From: Armatimonadota bacterium
GTDB taxonomy: Bacteria > Bacillota > Desulfotomaculia > Desulfotomaculales > Nap2-2B
DNA: 64,000 bases
Direction of reading: 5' to 3'
NCBI GenBank assembly: GCA_023511535.1
Contig: JAIMBK010000004.1
Coordinates: 340 to 64,339, forward strand
Below, piece by piece: positions 8,786-17,322 of the stretch (its first letter is position 1; every line of letters begins with the position of its first letter). The notes under the pieces were generated by a model. It made no database searches. It was not told where the DNA came from and saw only the letters and a list, made by a program, of their open reading frames with translations. The position numbers were made by a program, and so were the translations under genes.

Positions 8786-10534
8786 TCAAGATACCTGGGT
8801 GATGGCGTTCTGGTTGCAGACGGCGGCGCAGAAGCCGCAGCCGATGCACAAAGAGGCGTCGATGGCCACGCCTCCTTCGACTTTGCCGATGGGCGAACAG
8901 CCGATCCGCAGGCAGTTGCCGCATTCGTTGCAAGCTTGAAGATTGACCGTGTAGGGGGCGTGGCGCTCCCTGGTATAGAGCACGCAGGGGTGCCGGGCGA
9001 CGATGACCGAAGGTTCCCCGGATTTAACGTGCTCTTTGATGGTTTCCACCACGTTTTTGAAGTCGTACGGGTCGACCACGTCTATTTTTTTAAAACCGAT
9101 CCCCCGGGCTACTTCTTCCACGCTGATCAGCGGCGCTTCTTCACCCATTAAAGTTTTGCCGCTGCCGGGATGCGGCTGGTGCCCGGTCATGGCCGTGACC
9201 CGGTTGTCTAAAACAATCACGGTGCTCGTGCCCCGGTTGTAAAAAACGTTAATCAAGGGCGCCACGCCGCTGTGGAAGAAGGTGGAGTCGCCGATGACGG
9301 CCACGGTGCGGTCCTTCACCCCGACTTTATCCACGCCGTGCACCACCCCGATGCTCGCCCCCATGCACCCGCAGGTGTGCAGGGCGGAAAGCGGGGGGGC
9401 GGCACCCAGAGTGTAACAGCCGATGTCGCCGAAGGTGGCGGTGCGCAGGCGCTGCAGGGCGTAGAAAACGCCCCGGTGCCCGCAGCCCGGGCAGAGCATG
9501 GGGGGGCGGGCCGGCAGGGCCGGGATAGAAAAGGTTTTCTTTTCTTGCGGAGAAATGAGCCCGGCTTCGGCGGCGCACTGGCGGACCCGGCCGGGGCTGA
9601 ACTCGTAGAGGTTCGGGAAGATGTCTTTCCCGCGGGCGGGAATGCCCAAAAGCCTGACCTGTTCTTCAAGAAAGGGATCCAGTTCCTCGATCACCAAGAC
9701 CTGCTTGACCCGTCCGGCCAGTTCGCGAATTAAACCCGCCGGGAGGGGGTAAACCATCCCCAGTTTTAAAAAAGTGGCGGTGGGGAATACTTCTCTGGCG
9801 TACTGGTAGACGACCCCCGAAGTAATGATCCCGAGCGCACTGTCGCCATCTTCGAGGCAGTTGAAGGGAGCAGTTTCGGCGTAAGCGGCCAGTTTCTTTA
9901 ATCTATCCTCCACCACCGGGTGGCGCGCCCGGGCGTTGGCCGGAACCATCACGTACTTGGCCGGGTTACGCTCGTAAGCCGCCGGTTCGGCCGGGGACGC
10001 CTCCCTCGCCGGTTCTTCCTCCAGGGAAACGACCGCCCGGGAGTGGGACAACCGGGTGGTGGTCCGGATGATTACCGGTGTGTCGAAGGTTTCGCTGATT
10101 TCCACGGCGTATTTTACAAAGCACTTGGCCTCTTCAGCGTCGGCGGGCTCGAGCATGGGCACTTTGGCGAACCGGGCGTAGTGGCGGTTGTCCTGCTCGT
10201 TCTGGGAGCTGTGCAGGCTGGGGTCGTCGGCGTTGACAATCACCAGGCTCCCCTTCATCCCGGTGTAGGCGACGTAAAAGAGGGAATCCGCGGCCACGTT
10301 CAAACCCACGTGCTTCATGGTCACCAGGGCGCGGGCGCCGGCGTAGGCGGCCCCGACGCCCACATCTAAAGCCACTTTTTCGTTGACCGACCACTCCGCG
10401 TAAACCCCCGGGTACCGGGCGAAGTTTTCCAGGATTTCCGTGCTCGGGGTGCCGGGGTAGCCGGCGCCCATTTTGATCCCGGCCAGGTAAGCCCCGTAGG
10501 CGATGGCTTCGTTGCCGGACATGATTTTTTTCAT
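8786..10534 (-). CDS. iorA: Indolepyruvate (arylpyruvate):ferredoxin oxidoreductase alpha subunit
   Basis: The ORF spans 8786..10564. The likely start is the ATG at 10534 (MKKIMSGNEAIAYG), preceded by an AGGTGA SD. It has a TPP-binding region and C-terminal 2x[4Fe-4S] motifs (CNECGNC, CIGCGFC). Confidence 0.85.
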   Translation of the reverse strand: MKKIMSGNEAIAYGAYLAGIKMGAGYPGTPSTEILENFARYPGVYAEWSVNEKVALDVGVGAAYAGARALVTMKHVGLNVAADSLFYVAYTGMKGSLVIVNADDPSLHSSQNEQDNRHYARFAKVPMLEPADAEEAKCFVKYAVEISETFDTPVIIRTTTRLSHSRAVVSLEEEPAREASPAEPAAYERNPAKYVMVPANARARHPVVEDRLKKLAAYAETAPFNCLEDGDSALGIITSGVVYQYAREVFPTATFLKLGMVYPLPAGLIRELAGRVKQVLVIEELDPFLEEQVRLLGIPARGKDIFPNLYEFSPGRVRQCAAEAGLISPQEKKTFSIPALPARPPMLCPGCGHRGVFYALQRLRTATFGDIGCYTLGAAPPLSALHTCGCMGASIGVVHGVDKVGVKDRTVAVIGDSTFFHSGVAPLINVFYNRGTSTVIVLDNRVTAMTGHQPHPGSGKTLMGEEAPLISVEEVARGIGFKKIDVVDPYDFKNVVETIKEHVKSGEPSVIVARHPCVLYTRERHAPYTVNLQACNECGNCLRIGCSPIGKVEGGVAIDASLCIGCGFCAAVCNQNAITQVS

Positions 10535-10703
10535 CTGGTTCACCTGCTTTTTAGAAAATTTCACTAAATAGGTAACCGCAAAGACGCCTGGAACCTAAAT
10601 GAAGTTAAATTATAGAGCAGGCCCCAAATTTCCCGGGCCCAAAGGTACAAAGTCAGTATCCCACAATGCATTTTTCTTTGTGCCTTTGGGCCTCCGGCCT
10701 TCC

Positions 10704-11567
10704 TTACTTTTTCCCGTACGTATACCAGCCCGCCCCGGTTTTCCGGCCCAGGCGGCCGGCCCGGATGAGGGTCTTGAGCGCCAGTGGCGGGTTCCAGCGG
10801 GTATCTTTAAACTCTTCACAGAAGTAGTTGGCCACGTGGTAGCCGATGTCCACCCCGGCAAAGTCCTGCAGTTCGAAAGGCCCCATGGGGTAGTTCAAAC
10901 CAAGCTTCACCGCCGTGTCGATATCCTCGACCGTCGCCACCCCTTCCTCCAACAGGCGGATCGCCTCGATGAACTGGGCCATCAAAACCCGGTTGACAAT
11001 AAAACCGGGGGAGTCTTTCTTTACCTCCACGGTGGTTTTACCCATTTTTTGCGCCACGGCGGAAAGCACCGCGACGGTTTCGTCGCTGGTGGCGTAGCCC
11101 CGGATGATTTCCACCAGTTTCATGATCGGCGGCGGGTTAAAAAAGTGCATCCCGGCAACTTTTTCGGGCCGTTTCGTAGCCGCCGCAATCACCGTGATGG
11201 ACATGGAAGAAGTGTTGGTAGCCAGGAAAGCTTCGGGTTTGCAAATCGCGTCCAGTTTCGCAAAGGCTTCCTTTTTGGCCTGCAGATCCTCGATGATGGC
11301 CTCGATGACCAGATCCGCGCCGGCAAAAGCTTCGCCGATGCCGGTGGCGGTACTGATCCGGCCTAAAACGGCTTCCTTCTGTTCGGGCGTCATTTTCCCC
11401 TTTTCCACGCTTTTGGCCAGAAAATCGTTCATTCGCCCGAGCGCCCGGTCGACAATTGCTTTGTCTACATCGCTTAACACAACGTCAAACCCCGCGGCGG
11501 CCGCCACCTGGGCAATCCCTCCCCCCATGGCGCCGGCACCCAAAACACCAATTTTTTTGACTTCCAT
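10704..11567 (-). CDS. hbd: NAD-dependent 3-hydroxyacyl-CoA (3-hydroxybutyryl-CoA) dehydrogenase
   Basis: The 287-aa ORF has the Rossmann motif GVLGAGAMGGGIA, plus NTSS and the C-terminal domain PMGPFEL. Confidence 0.85.
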   Translation of the reverse strand: MEVKKIGVLGAGAMGGGIAQVAAAAGFDVVLSDVDKAIVDRALGRMNDFLAKSVEKGKMTPEQKEAVLGRISTATGIGEAFAGADLVIEAIIEDLQAKKEAFAKLDAICKPEAFLATNTSSMSITVIAAATKRPEKVAGMHFFNPPPIMKLVEIIRGYATSDETVAVLSAVAQKMGKTTVEVKKDSPGFIVNRVLMAQFIEAIRLLEEGVATVEDIDTAVKLGLNYPMGPFELQDFAGVDIGYHVANYFCEEFKDTRWNPPLALKTLIRAGRLGRKTGAGWYTYGKK

Positions 11568-11644
11568 GAAAACTTTCGCCTCCCCTTTCGTCTTATTAAT
11601 CAGTTATTTTCTCCGGTTCCGCCTGTTTATCCTCCTGGCCCGCC

Positions 11645-12844
11645 TTACGCCCTCTTTTGCAGCTGTTCAAAAAAGATCGAGAACTTCCATCGGATTTGTT
11701 CCTCGGTAAAATACCGCTGATCGGCCATGTCCGCTTCGAAGACGATCCCTGGCAGGCCGGTGCGCTCCGAAATTATTTTCTGCTTATCGTAGAGGCCGAA
11801 GGACGTCGGCTTGCAGCTCCGGTTGGAAAACAAAACGAAGCCGTCCACTTTATACTTTTTCATCATGTCTATTTTCAGCTGAACGCGGTAGTCAAAACCC
11901 CGGTTGACGAACTGTTCGGTGTAAGTTTCCGCCATGCTTTCCAGAGGCCTTTCCAGGTCGAAACGGTGGGTCCAGGAATGGGTGTACTGGGAAACGGCCA
12001 CCAGGGCGCCGTTTTCCGCAAACAGCTCGGCGAACCAGCGCAGCCGCGGCCAGACCGGGAGGTGGTCCCAGTAGATTTTAAAGCGCTCGTTGGGCACAGC
12101 GGAAATCTTTTTCTCGATTCTTTCTTCCAGTTCCTTCTTTAATTCCCGGTAATAAGCAACGGCGGCCGGGGTGCCCCGCAGCGTAACGATCGGCGCCATG
12201 TGAAAACAGGCGTCGAAAAAGCCGAAAGGGGCCGGTGTGAGCGCCGCCGTTTCGAGAATTTCGTTCCACAGGCGGCAGGCCTCGTTGGCCAGGGCCAGCA
12301 CCTCGAGCAACCGGTCAAAATCGAACTGTCTTCCCGTATACACTTCGATAAAATCAATCATTTCCTCCATCTGCTCGACGAAATACCTTTTGATTAAGGT
12401 CGTCGATGCCCCCTCGATGAAGGGCGCGTCCAGCAAAAAGTAAGGAACCCGGTAAAAACGGCCCGCCTCCTCGAACCATTTCTGCAGGCTGCCGCACTGG
12501 GTATTGCAGCTGAAGACGAGATCGGGCCGGACGATTTCCCCCACCGGGTGTTCTTTTGCATAGGCGTCGCCCAGGCCGCAGCGGGCGTAGCCGCAAAGAT
12601 CGGCGTAGTAACCGCGCGCTTCCGCAGCGGCGGACAGCTTTTCGGTGACTTTCCGGGCCGCCGCCAGGGCGCCGAAGTTTTCCGGGTAATACGGGAAAAG
12701 CCCGGCGGCGTAGACGATTTCCACCGGAAAAACAGCCGTCACCCAGACCACCGGGACGCCGCGCTCTTTGGCCTGCGCGCCCTGAGCGTAGTAATCGGCC
12801 ATAATCTCTTTTAGCCGGCCGGCGTTGCGAAAAGGCGTCGCCAT
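11645..12844 (-). CDS. 2-hydroxyacyl-CoA dehydratase / benzoyl-CoA reductase BcrB-C family (HGD-D) subunit
   Basis: The 399-aa ORF has the family's typical length and Cys pattern (LCGYARCG, CNTQCG, SCKP). It is paired with the upstream paralogue. Confidence 0.7.
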   Translation of the reverse strand: MATPFRNAGRLKEIMADYYAQGAQAKERGVPVVWVTAVFPVEIVYAAGLFPYYPENFGALAAARKVTEKLSAAAEARGYYADLCGYARCGLGDAYAKEHPVGEIVRPDLVFSCNTQCGSLQKWFEEAGRFYRVPYFLLDAPFIEGASTTLIKRYFVEQMEEMIDFIEVYTGRQFDFDRLLEVLALANEACRLWNEILETAALTPAPFGFFDACFHMAPIVTLRGTPAAVAYYRELKKELEERIEKKISAVPNERFKIYWDHLPVWPRLRWFAELFAENGALVAVSQYTHSWTHRFDLERPLESMAETYTEQFVNRGFDYRVQLKIDMMKKYKVDGFVLFSNRSCKPTSFGLYDKQKIISERTGLPGIVFEADMADQRYFTEEQIRWKFSIFFEQLQKRA

Positions 12845-12887
12845 TTATTTTGCCTCCTCCAGATAAATAATTCGGGGGACATCATAC

Positions 12888-14081
12888 TCAATTAGCTGCG
12901 TCCAGCATTTCTATAAAGGCCCCGATCCTCGTCCTGATCTGCCCTAAAGACTCACTGCCCACCTCTGTCTCGACCCTTAAGGAGGGTATTCCGGCGGCGT
13001 TGAGGGTTTCCTCCAGGAAGGGGTAATCGTAATTCTCCGGCTCGCAAAACTTTAAATGAACGAAGATCACGCCGTTCGCCCCCGTCTCCCGGACCTTGCG
13101 CAGCAGAAAGTCCGGCCGGTCCTGTTTCTTATTGGTAAAACAGGCCGCCGCCACCCGCGTCAGCTGCCGCTCGGCCAGGGCTACGTAGGGATCGCCGTTC
13201 TCCGCCGCGTCGCCGGTGATGTACCGGTACCCGGTGCAAAGGTCGTCGCCGACGCAGACGGCTCCCGCCTCGTCTAAAATATCCAGCAAAGCCGGCGGCT
13301 CCCCCAGTTTACCGCTCAAGATTACCCGCACTCTGGTTTTGGCCTTTCCGGACTTTTGCTTCCCGGCCTCCTGCTCCAGGGCGCCGAGCAGCCGGTCCGC
13401 CAGCAGGTTGTGCTCTTCCTTGGGGAGGATCAAAGATGACTTGATGACGTCGTACACCGCCCGGTTGCCGAGCAAATCCGGGCAGCGGACGTGAAAATCG
13501 TAAAGCCGCCGCAAAAGGGCGCGGTTGCGGTTGTACAGGCGGATACTGTTCTGCAGGTCCGCGGCTGTAATTTTCCGGTCGGTAAACTGCTCCAGCCGGG
13601 CCTTCAAGCGCCCCATTTCACCCAGCAGGTAATTTTTAGCGCTGGGGCGGTCCAGCTGCCTGGGCAGCAGGAAAGCTTCCATGAAATTAAAGGGCCGGAC
13701 TTTTTTCCAGATGGTATAAACCGTTCTGGTCGTATCACAAATCGTCGGGACAATCAATCCCTGCAAAAAATCGAGCTTTCCGGCCAGCGCCATCCCAAAC
13801 GCGCACCGGATCAGCGAACAGGCCCACATCTGCAGGTGCGCGTTCGCCCGGTTGATTTGCCCTCCGTCGTAGGCAACCACCCCGAAGGGGTAGGCCCCTG
13901 CCGCGTGCACCAGTTCTTCCGGAACGTCAGTAGGCAAATGGCCGACCACCCGGACGATTTTTTCCGCCGCAATTCTTTTCACTGCCGGGGCGGGATCGCT
14001 TAAAACGCTTTGCAGTTCACCGAGGATTTTTTTGCTGTTCGGCATTGCTTTTCCGGCTCCGGGAGACCCCAGAACCGTCAC
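12888..14081 (-). CDS. 2-hydroxyacyl-CoA dehydratase / BcrB-C family (HGD-D) subunit, second component
   Basis: The 397-aa ORF starts at a GTG with an AAGGAG SD 6 nt upstream. Motifs include ICDTTR, DDLCTGYRY and KFCEP. Confidence 0.7.
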   Translation of the reverse strand: MTVLGSPGAGKAMPNSKKILGELQSVLSDPAPAVKRIAAEKIVRVVGHLPTDVPEELVHAAGAYPFGVVAYDGGQINRANAHLQMWACSLIRCAFGMALAGKLDFLQGLIVPTICDTTRTVYTIWKKVRPFNFMEAFLLPRQLDRPSAKNYLLGEMGRLKARLEQFTDRKITAADLQNSIRLYNRNRALLRRLYDFHVRCPDLLGNRAVYDVIKSSLILPKEEHNLLADRLLGALEQEAGKQKSGKAKTRVRVILSGKLGEPPALLDILDEAGAVCVGDDLCTGYRYITGDAAENGDPYVALAERQLTRVAAACFTNKKQDRPDFLLRKVRETGANGVIFVHLKFCEPENYDYPFLEETLNAAGIPSLRVETEVGSESLGQIRTRIGAFIEMLDAAN

Positions 14082-14102
14082 CCAGGCTCCTTTCCAGCGC
14101 GT

Positions 14103-15680
14103 TTATCCGGACCCGGCCTGTTTTTCCCGGAGCTTCCGGTGGAGAATTTTCCCCGTCGGCGTGCGGGGCATTTCATCGTCGGAGATAAAATCCACCGCCC
14201 GGGGCCGCTTATAATCCGCTATTTTTCCCCGGCAAAACGCCATAATCTCCCCGGCCAGCGCTTCGTCCGGGGAATATCCCTGGCGCAGCACGACCACCGC
14301 TTTGACCATTTCCCCCCACTTGACGTCCGGCACGCCGATGACGGCCACGTCCTTGACGGCCGGGTGTTTGGCCACGACGGCTTCCACCTCCGAGGGGTAA
14401 ATATTTTCGCCCCCGGAAATGATCATGTTTGCCTTGCGGTCCACCAGGTAGTAATACCCTTCCGGGTCTCTCCTGGCCATATCCCCTACGGTGCACCATT
14501 CCCCCCGGAAAGCTTCCCTGGTTTTTACGGGATCTTTCCAGTACTCCTTAAACGTAGCGGGCGAACGGGTATAAAGCTCGCCCACTTCCCCGTCGGGCAC
14601 CTCGTTGCCGTTTTCGTCCAGCAGTTTGATCTGGTCGATACCAAAGATCTCTTTGCCGATGGAACCCAGCTTTTTAAACTGGTCTTCCGGGCGCAGGTAG
14701 GTGATTAAGCCGGCTTCCGTGGAGCCGTAAGCCTCCCACAGCTCCGCGGACTTAAAGAAATCCATGATGGCCAGCTTCAAATCTTCCCGGGCCGGCGCCG
14801 AAGAAATCAAAAGCTGTCTGATGCTGCTGACGTCGTATTTGCGCTTCACCGCCTCGGGCAGGGACAAAATCATCACGTAATGGGTGGGTACCAGGGAAGT
14901 AAAGGTCACCTTAAATTCACTGATTGTTTTCAGCAGATCCTCCGGATCGAAACTGATCAGGTTATAAACCATCACCGGGGCGCCTACGTAAGTATAGGCA
15001 AAAGAGTAATACGTCGAATTGACGTGGCACATGGGCATGACCATCAGCGTTTTATCGGTCGGCCGGACGCCCATGTTGATATTGCTCAACAGGTACTGCC
15101 CCAGGTAACTTTCGTGGGTGCGCACAACCCCCTTGGGGCGGCCGGTGGTGCCGGAGGTATACATGATTACCCAGGGGTCCGCCGCGTCTACCATCACCGC
15201 CGGTTCTCCCGGATCGCCCCCCCTGAGCACATCTTCATAATGTACATACCCGGCAGGAGCCTCACCTTCCCCCAGGTAGATAAAATTCCCCTCCCCAACG
15301 GTGGGGAGTTTTTCCCGCACGGCATTCACTTTTTCGACGAGGGGCTCCTCCACAATAAAAACCTTGCTTTCGGAGTGATTGATAATATATTCAATCTCGG
15401 GAGGAGCCAGGCGGAACATCACCGGCACCGTAATCTGCCCGCCCTTGGCACAGGCGGCGTAAATCTCCATCCATTCCACCCGGTTGTAGGCCAGGACCGC
15501 CACCCGCTCGCCGTAACCCGCGCCCATCCCGGTCAGCGCGTTGGCCAGGCGGCAGGAACGCTCGTTCCACTCGCGAAAGGTAAAGCTTTTATATTTATCC
15601 TGGCACCCCAGGCGTTCCGGGTAGTTGCGGGCGTTCATTTTGAGCACGGTTCCGACGGTCATCCATTTACTGATCGTCAT
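14103..15680 (-). CDS. AMP-forming acyl-CoA ligase (ANL superfamily), substrate unknown
   Basis: The 525-aa ORF has the AMP-binding motifs YTSGTTGRPKGV, GDMARRDPEGYYYLVDRK and PRTPTGKI. Confidence 0.8.
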   Translation of the reverse strand: MTISKWMTVGTVLKMNARNYPERLGCQDKYKSFTFREWNERSCRLANALTGMGAGYGERVAVLAYNRVEWMEIYAACAKGGQITVPVMFRLAPPEIEYIINHSESKVFIVEEPLVEKVNAVREKLPTVGEGNFIYLGEGEAPAGYVHYEDVLRGGDPGEPAVMVDAADPWVIMYTSGTTGRPKGVVRTHESYLGQYLLSNINMGVRPTDKTLMVMPMCHVNSTYYSFAYTYVGAPVMVYNLISFDPEDLLKTISEFKVTFTSLVPTHYVMILSLPEAVKRKYDVSSIRQLLISSAPAREDLKLAIMDFFKSAELWEAYGSTEAGLITYLRPEDQFKKLGSIGKEIFGIDQIKLLDENGNEVPDGEVGELYTRSPATFKEYWKDPVKTREAFRGEWCTVGDMARRDPEGYYYLVDRKANMIISGGENIYPSEVEAVVAKHPAVKDVAVIGVPDVKWGEMVKAVVVLRQGYSPDEALAGEIMAFCRGKIADYKRPRAVDFISDDEMPRTPTGKILHRKLREKQAGSG

Positions 15681-15822
15681 AACCCACCCCTCTTTTTTTT
15701 CAAAAAGATTTTTCTCCCGGTAAGCTTAAATATAGACAAATCGAGGACTTATTCCTATCGCTAAAAAGGATGGAAACCAGGTTATTTTCGCAAGCGGCGG
15801 AGTTAACCCTTTCGTTTGAAAC

Positions 15823-17130
15823 TCAATTCCTGTCTTTCTTCCGTTTGTCCAGCACGCGCACGGCCTTCCCCTCGAAGCGCTGCAGGCTGCCGCAGGGCAC
15901 CAGGACCACCTTGCAGGTGATTTCCAGGTAGCTGTGCAGTTCCTTTTCCAACCGGTTAACAAACTCTTCGCCCGGTTCCGCCCCGGGGACGGGCTCCACC
16001 TGAACCTCCAGGGTGTGCAAACCTTTGCGCTCTCCCACCACCAGCAGCCAGTTTTCGCTTAACTCCGCATGTTTCAGTAAAACGTGCTCGATTTGACTGG
16101 GAAAAACGTTGGTGCCGCTGACCAAAAGCATATCGTCCACGCGCCCTAAAAATTTCACGATCCGGGGATGGGTCCGCCCGCAGGGGCAGGGAGAAAAGTC
16201 CACGATCACCCGGTCCCCGGTCCGGTAGCGCAGGATGGGCATGGCTTCAAAACTTAAATTACTCAGCACCAGTTCCCCCGGTGTCCCCGGCGGAACATCC
16301 TGCAGCGTCTCCGGATCGAGCACCTCCACCAGGTAATGATCCGCCCAGATGTGAATCCCCGTCACGGATTCGCAATCCATGGCCATCGGCCCGCCCATTT
16401 CCGTCAAGCCGTACACGCGCCGCATCCCGCCGCCGTGGGCGGTATACCCCAGGCGTTCGTTGATGCGCGCCCGCATCTCGTCGGAACAGGGCTCGCCGCC
16501 GTGAAAACCGAGCCGGAGCTTTAAATCTTTCCCCGGATCGATCCCTTTTTCCCGGGCCACTTCGCTGACGTAGACCGCGTAGGTAGGCGTACAGGTAAAA
16601 ACCGTGGTGCCCCACTCCCGCATTAAACGCAGCTGCCTTTCGGTCCCGCCGGCGCCGGTGGGAATTACCTTGGCGCCGATTTCCTCCAGGGCATAATGAA
16701 AACCGAAGCCCCCGGTGAAAAGGCCGTAACCGTGGGCCTGTTGCACAATATCCCCTTTTTGCAGCCCGCCGGCGGTAAAATTCCGGGCCATCAGACGGCT
16801 CCAGGTGCGCAGGTCGTTTTTCGTATAAACCATGGCCACCGGCACCCCCGTGGTGCCGGAAGTCATGTGCACCCGCACCACCTCGTCCCAGTTCCCGCTG
16901 ATGAGACCCAGGGGATAACCGTCCCGAAGGTCCTTTTTGGTGACAAAAGGAACGCCTTTGATGTCGCCCAGGGTTTTAATGTCTCCAGGATGAATCCCGG
17001 CTTCGTCAAAACGCTTCTTCAAGAATGGGTTTTGATAGACCCGCTGCGCCTGTTGCTTAAATTTTTCCAGCTGGACCGCCGCCAGTTTTTCCAAGGGCAT
17101 GGTTTCCCATTCTTGCTCGTAAAAAGCCAA
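15823..17130 (-). CDS. paaK: Phenylacetate-CoA ligase family protein
   Basis: The 435-aa ORF has MTSGTTGVPV, PaaK-type length and the C-terminal ACT-like tail (KAVRVLDKR). Confidence 0.8.
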   Translation of the reverse strand: MAFYEQEWETMPLEKLAAVQLEKFKQQAQRVYQNPFLKKRFDEAGIHPGDIKTLGDIKGVPFVTKKDLRDGYPLGLISGNWDEVVRVHMTSGTTGVPVAMVYTKNDLRTWSRLMARNFTAGGLQKGDIVQQAHGYGLFTGGFGFHYALEEIGAKVIPTGAGGTERQLRLMREWGTTVFTCTPTYAVYVSEVAREKGIDPGKDLKLRLGFHGGEPCSDEMRARINERLGYTAHGGGMRRVYGLTEMGGPMAMDCESVTGIHIWADHYLVEVLDPETLQDVPPGTPGELVLSNLSFEAMPILRYRTGDRVIVDFSPCPCGRTHPRIVKFLGRVDDMLLVSGTNVFPSQIEHVLLKHAELSENWLLVVGERKGLHTLEVQVEPVPGAEPGEEFVNRLEKELHSYLEITCKVVLVPCGSLQRFEGKAVRVLDKRKKDRN

Positions 17131-17322
17131 ACACTCCTACCCCCTCGAAAGTAGTGGATTCACTGCAGCCATAAACAATCATGCCCTCCCAATAATACCC
17201 TAATTATAACACATCACCAAAAAAGTTGAGGCGCACTGGCCTCGCATTTCCCAGCACGCCCTCCGGCAGGCCTCCCTTCCCCAAAAAAACCGGCATTTTC
17301 CCCGGACCAAAAAACGATCATC

